Positions 39,562 to 49,843 are shown, numbered from the stretch's first letter. The stretch: DNA of 49,843 bases from Planctomycetota bacterium (GCA_036479435.1 JAZGFI010000130.1:1-49843), one strand, 5' to 3'. Notes: generated by a model from the letters alone, not told the origin. Program-made: numbers and translations.

Positions 39562-42500
39562 TCAATTTTCTTGGGAGCGACTGAGCTTGATGGATCGAAA
39601 AGCAGTGCCCGGTCCCCAAGTGGCCATGCCCACTCGATGGCGCCCTGGTATCGCCTTGATGGCGACGCGATGAAAGACCATCTGAGCGTCGAGTTGAACG
39701 TTGCAGATTCCGTCGCGTAGTTCCAGGCGGAGGTGATGACTGCTTTCGACGTTCTGCAATTTGAATGGCGGCGCTTCATAGACCAAGCGGTCGTAGCGTT
39801 CTAATCGCGCCGCGACTTTTCCCGGTCCGGCAGGGTGGAGAATCAGATTCCAACCCGAAAGGCCGTCTCGGCCACCCTCGCCCATGAAGGTCACCACGAT
39901 TTTGGGAGCTGCGGCATCCAAATGAAGATCCAAAGCAAAGTCCTTCAGGTCGCGCGTGTACTTCTCTTTGATCCACAATAAGTTGGACGGCGAGTCTTTC
40001 TTGACTCCGGGTTTGATCGTGAAGGGACGCCAAATCACCTTGCCGTCTCGGCTTCGGCCTTCGAGTCGCTTGCGGGAAACTTTGTAATTGCCGACGGTCA
40101 CCTCGAACTTCGAGCGGTAAGACTTCGAGTCGAATCGGTAGCGAAGTGCTCGCTTCCACTTGGCGTCGGCGATAGTTGTCTTGCCGTCGCTTGCGGGCAT
40201 CGACTGGCTCTGAGCCGAAAACTTGAGGCCCGAGATCGTCTCCCCGTCGGCCGCGCTCAAAGCGGCGGCGAAACCGGCGGGGCCCCGGCGATTTTTGATC
40301 TTCAGCAACAAACGGTTCCAACCCGCCTTGAGCTGCAAGGGAAACACGATGGCATCGGGAAGCGTTGCCGCCGGCCCGCGCCACCACAACCAGCTGCTTC
40401 CGTTTCTGCCGCGATTGCGGTATTTCCCGACGAGCGTTGGGCCGATCCAGGCGCTCAAGTCGTCATCGCCGCGCAGGTGGAGGAGGGCGTCTTGAGTTTT
40501 GTCGGCGTGGACCCAAGTGACCGCGTACATCGCCGAGTTGTCTTGGTAATTGTATTCGATGCGGACCCAACCGTGCGCCTTCGCGGTCAGTGGCTTTTGG
40601 TCCTTCGGCTGTCGCCATCGGCAGAGGTTGCTGCCGGAGCGATACTCGGCGGCGAGATCGATCTCGCGTTCAGGGGGAAAAACACAGGCGTCTGCTTCGA
40701 CTCCCGCTCGCCGAAACGGCCCTATCACGTTCCAGTCGAACAAGACGCCCAACTCCTCGGCGGCGAAAGCCCTAATCTCATCAACCGGGTCGGGCCGCCG
40801 CATCATCTCCATCAAAAGTCGGCCGAGCTCATCGCGACGAAAGTAGCTGTTCGGATGATCTTGCAGCGCATCGCCCGGCGAATCGGAGGCTTCATCATCG
40901 AGGCCTGCGACAGCGACACCCGCATGCAGTAACTCCAAGGCGATCGCGCGGCGATCGTCGGCGGTGAGCGGGAATCGGAACTTCCTCAGATCTTCAAAGG
41001 CTTCTTCACCGAACACTCGAACCAAGTAGTAGGCAATGGCCCGCACGACTTGGTGGTCACGACCGTCGAGTACCGGCAAAGCACGGTACTCGCGGAAGAA
41101 GGTTCGGTAGGTCTTCCAATCGTGGAGGCCGTCTTTTCGCTTGGCGTATCTCTCGAGGAAATGCAGAAAAAAACCGCAGCTCGGGTCGTACTGCTGGATG
41201 CGCCAGTATTCGAGGTCGCGTTCGAGGAAGCTCTTTCGAAAAGCCTCCAGCGGGCTGTGAAACAGAGCGGCATTCGGCTTTCTGCGCGAAATCATCTCTT
41301 CGCAGTAGATGGCGCCCATGTTGGCGAGACCCTCGGTGAAGCCTCGATACTTGGGCCGCATGTTCTCGATGCAATGCGTGAGTTCGTGGTACATCAGGCT
41401 GTTGTCGACTCGGTGGCCTTTGCGCTTGGGGTCGGCGCGCCCGATGTCGATCGTCGTTCCACCCGCAACCCCACCGGAAAACTCCCAGAGTTCTTTGAAG
41501 TAGACCGTGATGCGATCGCCACCGGGGTTTGAGATCCGGCCAAAGAGGTCACTCAAAAAAACGTAGGCGAGGTCAAACTTCTCAATCGACTCCACGGGGA
41601 TGTTGTCAATCAGGATCTTGGGGCCGATGAGAATGAAATGATGAGTCAGGCGGGACTTTGTTCGCGCCCACGCGGGATGGTTGACGGCACTTTCGACAAG
41701 GCGCGTCTCTTCGGCGGGCGTGCGCCCAATCAACAGGGCGTCGATCGCGTGAAGGCGGCGATAAGCCTCGTCGCGATCACCCGGTTCGTCGGTGAAACGC
41801 AGGGTCTTGTAGAGCGCACGAGCTAGTTCGAGTCGTCCTTTCTTCTCGATGGACTTGGCCTTCTTAAGGAGTTTTGAGCTCCGACCAAGCTTGTCAGCCA
41901 GGCGTACGGCTTCTTCGCGATCGGTCTTGGTAATGCGCTCCCGGATCTTGCGCCGAAGGTCTTGACGACTCTTCTCACTGCGCTGGATCGCGGTCACGGC
42001 GCCGATGACGGCCTCCGCCGCGTTTTCTTCCAAGCGCCCGCCGATGTCGCTGAGGATCTGGAGAGCGGCGTGCCATTGTTCACGATCGTGAAAAGTCCCG
42101 GCCAAGCGTCGCAAGTAACGGTTCTTTTCGGCCGCGATTCTAGACTCGACCGTCTTCGCTTCCGACACGCTCATCGGACGCGGTCGGATGCGACTGTTCG
42201 CGAGGTCGTAAATTACGTCCCGAAAGCGTCTCTTGTCGTCGTCCTCAATCGCTCGCCTTATTCCCGAAACCGCGAGTTCGCGAGCTCGGAGGGACGCGCC
42301 AGACTTCACGAGCCTTTGGCCACGGGCCAACAACTCCTCGACGTCCTCTTGGCTCGCGAGCCGTTCCCAGGTGGGGAGAGTTAGGTGACCCGCGAGGCCG
42401 CAGCCGTTTCGGTCGGCCCGCTGCCCCCGCGCACAAATCACCTTTTGGGTCGCGGCATCCACGAAGCCGATGCGGATTTGGCAACGGCCACTGCGGCCAA

Positions 42501-42864
42501 AGAATCGATCGAAAGGAAGGCTGGTTGAGAGTTCCCAAGTTTGGGGGGAACCCTTTTTCCAGCTTAGGGTCGGAATGGGGGCAAGATGGTCGCGATGTAA
42601 GAGGACTTCGCCGCCCAGGACGAAGCGAACGCGAATTGCGTAGGCGCGATCGATGTCCTCCAGAGGCAAAACCTTGATCTTCAAGTCAAAGATGCCGGTG
42701 TCGTCGAAGTCTTGGCCCTTGCCTTCAGCGCTGACCTCAACCGCCAAGAATGGTGGTGGGCCCACTGCCTCTTCGTCTTGGATGCTCGCCGAAAGCGTGG
42801 TGGCCAATCCAAAGCACAATAGCCAGCAGGCAGTAAGAGCCGCGACCGTCCAGCCAGAGTTCAT
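39562..42864 (-). CDS. Large secreted protein with a gluzincin-like metallopeptidase motif and C-terminal beta-sandwich domains
   Basis: Signal peptide; YHELTH...FTEGLA; W.VIGPF...GDD...GWNRLLLK module; jelly-roll-like tail. Confidence 0.65.
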   Translation of the reverse strand: MNSGWTVAALTACWLLCFGLATTLSASIQDEEAVGPPPFLAVEVSAEGKGQDFDDTGIFDLKIKVLPLEDIDRAYAIRVRFVLGGEVLLHRDHLAPIPTLSWKKGSPQTWELSTSLPFDRFFGRSGRCQIRIGFVDAATQKVICARGQRADRNGCGLAGHLTLPTWERLASQEDVEELLARGQRLVKSGASLRARELAVSGIRRAIEDDDKRRFRDVIYDLANSRIRPRPMSVSEAKTVESRIAAEKNRYLRRLAGTFHDREQWHAALQILSDIGGRLEENAAEAVIGAVTAIQRSEKSRQDLRRKIRERITKTDREEAVRLADKLGRSSKLLKKAKSIEKKGRLELARALYKTLRFTDEPGDRDEAYRRLHAIDALLIGRTPAEETRLVESAVNHPAWARTKSRLTHHFILIGPKILIDNIPVESIEKFDLAYVFLSDLFGRISNPGGDRITVYFKELWEFSGGVAGGTTIDIGRADPKRKGHRVDNSLMYHELTHCIENMRPKYRGFTEGLANMGAIYCEEMISRRKPNAALFHSPLEAFRKSFLERDLEYWRIQQYDPSCGFFLHFLERYAKRKDGLHDWKTYRTFFREYRALPVLDGRDHQVVRAIAYYLVRVFGEEAFEDLRKFRFPLTADDRRAIALELLHAGVAVAGLDDEASDSPGDALQDHPNSYFRRDELGRLLMEMMRRPDPVDEIRAFAAEELGVLFDWNVIGPFRRAGVEADACVFPPEREIDLAAEYRSGSNLCRWRQPKDQKPLTAKAHGWVRIEYNYQDNSAMYAVTWVHADKTQDALLHLRGDDDLSAWIGPTLVGKYRNRGRNGSSWLWWRGPAATLPDAIVFPLQLKAGWNRLLLKIKNRRGPAGFAAALSAADGETISGLKFSAQSQSMPASDGKTTIADAKWKRALRYRFDSKSYRSKFEVTVGNYKVSRKRLEGRSRDGKVIWRPFTIKPGVKKDSPSNLLWIKEKYTRDLKDFALDLHLDAAAPKIVVTFMGEGGRDGLSGWNLILHPAGPGKVAARLERYDRLVYEAPPFKLQNVESSHHLRLELRDGICNVQLDAQMVFHRVAIKAIPGRHRVGMATWGPGTAFRSIKLSRSQEN

Positions 42865-42881
42865 GGGCCCTTGGATACCTA

Positions 42882-44144
42882 TTATTCGCCGCCCTTCGCC
42901 TTTATGTTCTTTGGCTCCCTCGTTGGCAAAGTCCAGCTCGGGATCTTAGGGATGTCCTTCATCATGACTCCCATCATGCCGAAGGCGGTGCCGTAGTTGC
43001 GAGAGCGGGCGAAGACCCGGTCGTTCCAACCGCCGTCTTCTTCTTGTTCGTAATTCAACAGGGCGTGGAGTTTGGCGCGATAGCCGTCTTTGTTGTTGCC
43101 GTCAGGGAGCATCTCAATCGCGCGTGCAACGTAGTAGTGGGCGTACATGAAGTAGTAGGGTGCGATGCCGTTGTTGCGGCGGTCGTGGGTGCCGTCTTGT
43201 TGTTTACGCCGTTTTAAGTTCCACCAGTGCTTGAAAAAAGTCTCGACGGAATCGCGAAGGCGCTGTTCGTCGCCGCGGTCGGTCAAAGCCAATGTCTGTT
43301 CGACGACACACATCCGGCCCATGGCTCCGGGTTTGGTGTTCATGAAGGCGCCGGAGCCGCGGCGTTTTTTTAGCTGGGCTTTAAAGTCATCTTCGGTGAC
43401 CTCATTCATGTTTTTTCGGGGGCTGTAGGCGTAGCCGCCGGAAGCCGTCCGCCCCGCTTCAAGAGCATCGAGGCTGCGGTTGACGAGATCGGCGTCGACT
43501 TCGTAGCCGAGTTGTTTGGCATGGAAGAGCGCCTGTAGGGTTGGGCCGGTCATAAATGGTGAGGCGGTATTGGAGGCCTTTCCAAATCCAGCCCGGCGGG
43601 CGTAATTCCAACCGCCGCGCTCCGGGATTGCGGTCTTTTGTAGAGTTTGAACGAGCCACTTCGTGGACTTTTTGACCGCGGTTTTTTGGCCGGACGGCGC
43701 GAAGTCGAGTTCTTGCAATCGTAGGAAGAACAAAAGGGCGTAGGTGTGGCCCCAGCCGCGCACGTCGTAGCCTCCTTTGAAGCTATCCGTCATCAAGGGC
43801 TCCTTCAGTCCATTGAGGACAAAAGAAACGGCTCGCTTGATCGCCGCCTTACGCTTTTCGTGTTTGGCGTAGCCCGGCGCTTCGATGAGGGCTAAACCTG
43901 CGATGGAAGTACCGCCGACGCGGTAGCCAATCGGGATCTTTTGATTCACGCGATAGACACCCTCGTAGGGCCATTGATTCCGTTTTTTCCCCTCCTGCAT
44001 ATCGACCAAGACGCCACAGCAACGCTGCACAAGTTGCTCGGCCCAGGCTTGTTCATCTTTCTGCGCGAGCGTCAAGGAGCTTAGGGAGGCGAACAAAAGA
44101 GCGCTCGACACGACGAATAAAACGCCGGGGAAAAAGCGAAACAT
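42882..44144 (-). CDS. Secreted prenyltransferase/squalene-cyclase-repeat-like (alpha/alpha toroid) protein
   Basis: Signal peptide and QW-like repeats (MQE..NQW, GGWNY, GGYAY, QEEDGGW). Confidence 0.6.
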   Translation of the reverse strand: MFRFFPGVLFVVSSALLFASLSSLTLAQKDEQAWAEQLVQRCCGVLVDMQEGKKRNQWPYEGVYRVNQKIPIGYRVGGTSIAGLALIEAPGYAKHEKRKAAIKRAVSFVLNGLKEPLMTDSFKGGYDVRGWGHTYALLFFLRLQELDFAPSGQKTAVKKSTKWLVQTLQKTAIPERGGWNYARRAGFGKASNTASPFMTGPTLQALFHAKQLGYEVDADLVNRSLDALEAGRTASGGYAYSPRKNMNEVTEDDFKAQLKKRRGSGAFMNTKPGAMGRMCVVEQTLALTDRGDEQRLRDSVETFFKHWWNLKRRKQQDGTHDRRNNGIAPYYFMYAHYYVARAIEMLPDGNNKDGYRAKLHALLNYEQEEDGGWNDRVFARSRNYGTAFGMMGVMMKDIPKIPSWTLPTREPKNIKAKGGE

Positions 44145-44179
44145 GGCAGATCTCCGCGAGGGTAAATCGAGGCCGGATT

Positions 44180-47100
44180 CTATCTATTTAGGGACGGCGC
44201 GTCGTGTTTGCGCCGCAGAAGAGGCGAAATGAGCAAATAGACTGCCGGGACGAAGAACAAGGTCAGCAGCGAGGCCACCACCAAACCGAAGGACAGCGTG
44301 GCGGCGAAGGGCGACCAAATCTTGCTTTTTCCCGTGAGCTCGAAAGTCATCGGCAACAGCCCGAGAACCGTTGTCGCAGTCGTCAAGATGATGGCGCGCA
44401 ACCGGTTGCGACCGCCGGCGACGAGCGCATCGACGACGTCTTTGCCTGCGCGTCTTTCGTTCTCGACAAACTGAACGAGCACCAGGGAGTCATTCACCGA
44501 GATTCCAGCGAGACCTACGATCGCGATCATGGACATGATCGTGACCGGAAACCCCATGATTACGAGCCCGAAGATGACCCCCAAAAAAGCGAGCGGCACC
44601 GCTGAAATGACCACCAGCGGTAGGACGTAGGAGCGGAACTGCGCGGCGAGGATCGTGAAGATGCAAAGGAGGCTAATCACGAAGGCCTTCCCGAGGGAAG
44701 CGAAAGACCTCTGCGTTTCCTCAAACTCACCGCCGTAATAAAGCGTGACCCCCGGGTACTGATCCATCAGGCCTTTCATGCGCTCGGCGAGGACTTGGTT
44801 GACTTCGTTGCTACTCGTCAAGGCCGTATCGACGTCAGCGGTCACCAAGACCGTGCGGTCGCCGTCGTAGTGGTAGCGGCTGAGATGTGATCGGCGGAAT
44901 TCAAGATCTACCATTGAGCCGAGCTCTATCCGTTCGCCCTGCGGGCCACGTACCTCCGCGTCGGCGAGCGTTGCCAACTTCGATGAACCTGCCAGAGATG
45001 TTGACGCCAAGCGAACCCGAAGGTCAATCTCGTCGAAACTGCGGCTATCCTTGATGGTGCCGGCAATCAAGCCGTCGTTGGCGAGTCGCGCGGTTCTGGC
45101 GAGCGGTTCGAAAGTCAAACCACGGGCACTCAAGTGAGTGCGGATGGGCAGCAGGCCTAACTCTGGCGGGCCTTCTTCGAGGTTGTCCTCGATACCGCTT
45201 ACACCCGGCATGCGGCTTAGCTCTTTCTTGATGCGTTGGCTAAGAGCATGGGCCTGCTCGTAGTCGACGGACTTCACCCTTACCGCGACAGGCTTTCCGA
45301 TCGGGGGGCCGTCTTGGAAGGAGTCGACGGAGATTTTTCGGTAGTCGTGCTGGGCCGCCTGGCTTCTAGACCAGTCGGTAATGCGCTTGCGAATAGCGGC
45401 GATGATCTGGTCTGGGTCGCCCTCGTTGGCGACTTCATCGGTCAAGGAGACCAAGATTTGGCAGACGTTGGGCCGGATCAGAAGCTGGTTGTCCGGCGTC
45501 CATTGCACACCGACGGTCGTCGTGAAATCCTCGATATCACCACCGCCGAGATACTCTTCTAGTATTTCCTCGACCGGCGTCGTCGCGTCTTCGGTATCGG
45601 CGAGCGAGTACTCGGCCGGAAGCTTGAGGTTGACATAAAAGGCCTGGAAGTCGCTCGGGAACAGCTCAACCGGAAGGCGCCCGGAGAGCCCGAGTGCCCC
45701 GCCAAACATCAACAAGCAGACGACGATGACGGTTTTGGGCCAGGCTAAGATCTTGCGCAGTAGTCGAGCGTAGCTCTCTCGAAAGCGGTCAAAGCGCTCA
45801 TCGAAGCGCTTGCTTTTTCGCGACCTTGAGCCGTAGTCGACGTAGTGGGCGGGCAAAATCAGGAAACACTCGATGAGGGAAACCAACAAACAAATAGTGA
45901 CGGTCTTTGGAATGATGGACAAAAAGACCCCGGTCACGCCCTCCATCAAGAGCATCGGCAAGAACGCGGCCATCGTCGTCAGCGTCGCGGCGAAGACCGG
46001 TGCCGCGACTTCGCGAGTTCCGTCCACGGCCGCTTCGAGGACCGGCTTACCCATTTCCACGTGGCGGAAGATGTTCTCAATCACAATAATCGCGTCGTCG
46101 ACGATCATCCCCGAAACGAGCACCATACTGAAGAGCGAGATCGCGTTGATGGTGATCCCCATGGGCTCAAGGATCGTCAGCGCTAAGAGAAATGAAAAGG
46201 GAACGCCAAGCACCGCGAGGACAGAGTTGCGGGCTCCAATGAAAAGCCAAAGCAACACAAACACCATGACCACGCCGAAGAGGAGGCTGTTCTTTAGGAC
46301 TCGGATGCGGCTTTCAATGACCTTCGTGGTGTCAATAGCCGTGGCGATCTTGAGGCCCTTGGGTAAGCGCTCTTTGCGAAACCCCTCGACAACCTTTTGA
46401 ACTCGGGCCCTTACTTCGAGGCTGTCCGCTCCTTCGCTCTTGAAGACGCCGAGGCTCAAAGAAGGTAGGCCGTTGTAGCGACTGGATGTCCTGCGTCTTT
46501 CGAAGGCGGGGACGATCTCAGATAGTTGTCCCAGTTTGATGCGTCCAGCCCTTCCGGGTGCTGAAACCATAAGGTCCAAGATGTCGTCAACAGTGCGGAG
46601 CTCTCCCAAAGCGCGCACCGAAACCTCGGATCTTTCGGTGGCAAGCGGGCCCAAGGGAAGGTCGAGGTGATTGCTCCGCAGCGATTCCCAAACTTCTAAC
46701 GCGGTCAAGTCATGCCGCTTTAGCTGGGCGGGATTCAGTTTGACGACGATTTCGCGGTCGCGAATGGCGAAGTCGGAGACATTGAGAACTCCGTCGATTG
46801 CCTCGATGCGATCGCTGACCTCTTTGGCGAGGTCACGCATGACGAGTTCGGACTCGGTGTCAACGCGGTGGGCGAAGGGCCCGTCCTTGGCGTAGATGAT
46901 GACCTGGACCAGGGGGTAGATCTCGTTGACGGTTTGCTCTTGCAAGGTCGGGCGCTCGACCTCCTCGGGAAGATCCGTAACCCGTGCTAATGCGGCGCGA
47001 AGGTTGTTGTAGAAACGGTCGTATTGAGCTTGGCTCAGATCCTCGCGAAACTTCACATCGATAAAAGATATGTCCTTTTGCGAATAGGACGCGATCCGAT

Positions 47101-47332
47101 CGACGCCCTGGACTTCGCCAATCTCGTCCTCGATCTTACGAGTGATGAAAGTCTCAACGTCTTCGGCTGAAGCGCCCGGCCATTCGGTCGTGATCTTGGC
47201 CTGGGCGAAACTGACATTCGGAAAGACGTCGACGTTCATGTCGCCGAGAACGAAGACACCGGCTGCGATACCTACCAGGAAAAGCAGGTGCACCAAGAGA
47301 CGATTGCGGACCGAAAAGAGGGAAAATATCAT
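44180..47332 (-). CDS. RND efflux permease (AcrB/AcrD/AcrF family)
   Basis: GASAEDVE...IED, GMIVDDAIIVIENI, RLRAIILT and 12-TM pattern. Start at ATG 47332 (ATGA overlap). Confidence 0.95.
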   Translation of the reverse strand: MIFSLFSVRNRLLVHLLFLVGIAAGVFVLGDMNVDVFPNVSFAQAKITTEWPGASAEDVETFITRKIEDEIGEVQGVDRIASYSQKDISFIDVKFREDLSQAQYDRFYNNLRAALARVTDLPEEVERPTLQEQTVNEIYPLVQVIIYAKDGPFAHRVDTESELVMRDLAKEVSDRIEAIDGVLNVSDFAIRDREIVVKLNPAQLKRHDLTALEVWESLRSNHLDLPLGPLATERSEVSVRALGELRTVDDILDLMVSAPGRAGRIKLGQLSEIVPAFERRRTSSRYNGLPSLSLGVFKSEGADSLEVRARVQKVVEGFRKERLPKGLKIATAIDTTKVIESRIRVLKNSLLFGVVMVFVLLWLFIGARNSVLAVLGVPFSFLLALTILEPMGITINAISLFSMVLVSGMIVDDAIIVIENIFRHVEMGKPVLEAAVDGTREVAAPVFAATLTTMAAFLPMLLMEGVTGVFLSIIPKTVTICLLVSLIECFLILPAHYVDYGSRSRKSKRFDERFDRFRESYARLLRKILAWPKTVIVVCLLMFGGALGLSGRLPVELFPSDFQAFYVNLKLPAEYSLADTEDATTPVEEILEEYLGGGDIEDFTTTVGVQWTPDNQLLIRPNVCQILVSLTDEVANEGDPDQIIAAIRKRITDWSRSQAAQHDYRKISVDSFQDGPPIGKPVAVRVKSVDYEQAHALSQRIKKELSRMPGVSGIEDNLEEGPPELGLLPIRTHLSARGLTFEPLARTARLANDGLIAGTIKDSRSFDEIDLRVRLASTSLAGSSKLATLADAEVRGPQGERIELGSMVDLEFRRSHLSRYHYDGDRTVLVTADVDTALTSSNEVNQVLAERMKGLMDQYPGVTLYYGGEFEETQRSFASLGKAFVISLLCIFTILAAQFRSYVLPLVVISAVPLAFLGVIFGLVIMGFPVTIMSMIAIVGLAGISVNDSLVLVQFVENERRAGKDVVDALVAGGRNRLRAIILTTATTVLGLLPMTFELTGKSKIWSPFAATLSFGLVVASLLTLFFVPAVYLLISPLLRRKHDAPSLNR

Positions 47333-48393
47333 GGCTTGCCTGAGGTCCACCTTAGCACGGCAACGCCGTCGCTGAGGCCGTTCCAGGGCCCGGTGATAAT
47401 CTGGTCGCCAACCTTCAAACCGCTGGTGATCTCGACGCGATCGGGCCGGCCGGGGATCGGTCGCGTCGTTAAGGAGACTTCCTGAGCGAGCGTCGTGCCT
47501 TCGCCGTTTGTCTTCAGGACGTAGCAGAAATCTTGCTCAAAGCGCCGAGATAGCGATGTCTTTAGCAAGACGATGCCGCGTCGCTTGTTGGCAAGTGTCA
47601 ATTCGGCATCGATGACCATTCCGCATAGGAGGCCCGTCGTGCCGGTCGCAAGATGAAGTTCCGCTCTGAATCTTCCGGTGTCGACTCGGGCGGTTGAGGC
47701 GAGATTGACAATCGTCGCGTTGATGACTCGGTCTCCTAACGCACGGCTGCGGCAGGGAATGACCTGTCCCTTCTCGACGCTTAGGCGTTCGAGTTCTGAC
47801 AGATCAAGAAAGACCCGCAGGTGATTGAGGTCGACCAGGCGTACCAAAGGGGTGCCGCGTTTGACCCACTCGCCCACCTCGACCATGATTTCTTCGACTC
47901 GGGCTGCACGCGGCGCGAGGGTGGAGCCTCGTCGCAAATCGTCGCGCGCCATTTTCAGTTCAAGGCCGAGTTGTCGCCGCCGGGAAGCGGGAGTGGACGC
48001 GTTGAGATCGGCCTCCTCAGCTAGGGCTTTGGCCTGCGCCAGTACGAGTTCGGCCCTAACGTCATCCAATCGGACTAGGAGCGAGCCAAGCTCGACATCG
48101 TCTCCCTCAGCGACGGCTCTCCGCACGACCGGGCCGTCACGTTCAGAGCTCAATGTCAGGTCGAATCGTGACTCGATGAATCCCGCGAGTTGCGATCGCC
48201 CGCCGCAGCTCTCCTCGGTGACCCTGAGTGTTTGTACTTCCGGAACGAAGGTAGATGCCCGATGATTTGGTGTTTCCAAACTCTGTTCGCCGCAGCCGCC
48301 GAAGGTCACGGCAAGCAGAGCGGCCAAGTGGAGTATGCAGAGCTTTCCAGCTGAAGTCTGAGGCGCCATGCGTTCCTCGCGAGTGCGATTCAT
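47329..48393 (-). CDS. RND periplasmic adaptor (MFP), lipoprotein
   Basis: Lipobox FGGC, lipoyl-like halves (EGDDV..G, AP...V..GEWV.RG) and EITSGLKVGDQII. Confidence 0.88.
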   Translation of the reverse strand: MNRTREERMAPQTSAGKLCILHLAALLAVTFGGCGEQSLETPNHRASTFVPEVQTLRVTEESCGGRSQLAGFIESRFDLTLSSERDGPVVRRAVAEGDDVELGSLLVRLDDVRAELVLAQAKALAEEADLNASTPASRRRQLGLELKMARDDLRRGSTLAPRAARVEEIMVEVGEWVKRGTPLVRLVDLNHLRVFLDLSELERLSVEKGQVIPCRSRALGDRVINATIVNLASTARVDTGRFRAELHLATGTTGLLCGMVIDAELTLANKRRGIVLLKTSLSRRFEQDFCYVLKTNGEGTTLAQEVSLTTRPIPGRPDRVEITSGLKVGDQIITGPWNGLSDGVAVLRWTSGKP

Positions 48394-48395
48394 GG

Positions 48396-49184
48396 TTATC
48401 GGCCTCCGCAGATCCAACCGACGGTCATGCCTGGTCTCAAGCGCCTTTTTCCGGAAGCGAGCGCAGCGGGGACGTCTAAGACGACTTTAAAGGTCCTGGC
48501 GGCGTTGTCGCTCCCGGGTGCGATGGAGCGGATTTTCACCTTTGGTGAGGAGGGTAAGTCCAAGATGATAGACTTCGAGTTTGCTTCCAACTGCCGCAAG
48601 GCATGTGCATCGACATGGCACTCGATTTTGAGTTCGTCGACGGCCACCATGGAAAACAGGACTTGGCCCCGTACGACGTATTCGTACGTCTCCGCCAACA
48701 AGGAGTTTATCACTCCGTCGAATGGCGCGGTGACGGTTGCCTTTTCGAACGCAAATTGGGCTCGATCGAACTCGGCTTCAGCGCGTGATAGCGAAGCGTT
48801 CGCGCGCTTCTCCTCGGCGCCCGCTCGGTCCAACTCAGAGGCGCTTGAAACGTCCGAGCGGCTGAGTCTTTTCGCGCGCACGAGCTCACTTCGGGATAAT
48901 TCCAATCGAGCCTTCGCATCGCTGACGCCAGCCCCGGCGGCCTTGAGGTCGGCCTTCTTCAAGCGATTGTCCAGTCGAAAGATCACCTGTCCCTTTTTCA
49001 CCGGCCGGTGTTCGCGCACCAAGCGTTGTACGATACGGGAGTCGATTTCGGCGGAGATCTTTGCGCTGCGTTCAGCGACGACGAGACCGATGCCCCGCGG
49101 AAGGTCTCGGGTTGGGAAGGCGTGCTCTGAACTTGTACCCAGAGCAAGCAGAATCATCGAAAGGAACAGTGCCGTTGATTTCAT
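48396..49184 (-). CDS. RND periplasmic adaptor (MFP), short form
   Basis: VKKGQVIFRLD, helical hairpin, VTAPFDGVI and LRPGMTV. Confidence 0.88.
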   Translation of the reverse strand: MKSTALFLSMILLALGTSSEHAFPTRDLPRGIGLVVAERSAKISAEIDSRIVQRLVREHRPVKKGQVIFRLDNRLKKADLKAAGAGVSDAKARLELSRSELVRAKRLSRSDVSSASELDRAGAEEKRANASLSRAEAEFDRAQFAFEKATVTAPFDGVINSLLAETYEYVVRGQVLFSMVAVDELKIECHVDAHALRQLEANSKSIILDLPSSPKVKIRSIAPGSDNAARTFKVVLDVPAALASGKRRLRPGMTVGWICGGR

Positions 49185-49235
49185 GTATTCCTCCCGGGAG
49201 CCCTATTCTAGGTTGCGGTGGCAGCCTTAGCCAAC

Positions 49236-49664
49236 TCAGGCATCGCGGCCATAGCGGCGCGAACGGCCTTTTTTGATGTCGGACCGTTGTTTTTTTTGTT
49301 CCAAGCGCCGTCGGACCGATCCCCGCGTCGCTCGCGTCGGGCGGCGTTTGCGTTCGACGAACAGGGCTTCGCGAAGGATCTCAATGAACCTCTCGACAAC
49401 CAAGCGCCGGTTGCCACTCTGCGAGCGCTCCTTTTGAGAGACGACGCGGAGGATTCCATCTTTTGAAATCCTGGTGCTTAACTGCTCGTGGAGACGAGCG
49501 CGCTGGGAGGCGGTCACGCTAGCGGAGTGCTCGAGGTCAAAAAGCAAAGTGACGCGCGTTTCGACTTTGTTGACGTTCTGGCCGCCGGGTCCGGAAGCAG
49601 TTCCCGTTTCGAATTTGAGGTCTTCGTCGGGAATCGTCAAGTTTGGAAGGACGACAATCGGCAT
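49236..49664 (-). CDS. arfB: Alternative ribosome-rescue peptidyl-tRNA hydrolase (ArfB/YaeJ)
   Basis: SGPGGQNVNKVETRV, SQKERSQ..N and a basic C-terminal tail. Start at ATG 49664. Confidence 0.95.
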   Translation of the reverse strand: MPIVVLPNLTIPDEDLKFETGTASGPGGQNVNKVETRVTLLFDLEHSASVTASQRARLHEQLSTRISKDGILRVVSQKERSQSGNRRLVVERFIEILREALFVERKRRPTRATRGSVRRRLEQKKQRSDIKKGRSRRYGRDA

Positions 49665-49843
49665 AGTCTCGTGGGTTGTATAGTAAACTCGTGATTTATC
49701 AAGTAGATCGCATTGCGTCCAGCGATTCCGCATCTGCTGGTTCTCGCCATCCCTTCAGGCAAGGCCAACGAGCCTCAAAGGTGGTTTAGAGGCGGGGCGT
49801 AGGTTTGATGCGGAGAATAGCGCCTTCGAATTGCGAGTCTTGT

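Noticed and set aside
48427..49230. 267-aa plus-strand ORF and many similar 60-200 aa overlapping ORFs
   Set aside because: Antisense or alternate-frame shadows of well-supported genes, expected in high-GC DNA.
49740..49843. Possible 3' end of a gene at the window edge
   Set aside because: Too short to support a call.

Overview
GC-rich, densely coding bacterial chromosome segment. It is probably Planctomycetota; this is inferred from paired ECF-sigma/Ser-Thr-kinase modules, DUF58/BatA-vWA genes and secreted prenyltransferase-repeat proteins. Housekeeping genes include panC, an AlkA-family glycosylase, an LMW phosphotyrosine phosphatase, guaB-guaA, gatCAB, a ComF-family gene, arfB, an ABC exporter operon and an RND operon. 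Five features stand out. (1) In a back-to-back double ECF/kinase locus (8946-17883), the extracytoplasmic domain of one kinase is a full-length paralog of a stand-alone membrane-anchored HEAT-like protein encoded divergently next to it. (2) The second kinase is split by a single in-frame TAA just after its catalytic domain. (3) A ~215-nt, densely base-paired intergenic element with GNRA tetraloops (21255-21471) looks like an unannotated structured RNA. (4) A nested tandem/inverted repeat supplies the panC stop codon. (5) A 15/16-bp copy of the guaA 3' end lies exactly 1200 bp downstream and brackets an orphan lipoprotein gene. No rRNA, tRNA, CRISPR array, integrase or transposase was recognised. 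All calls come from reading the sequence; no database searches were run.
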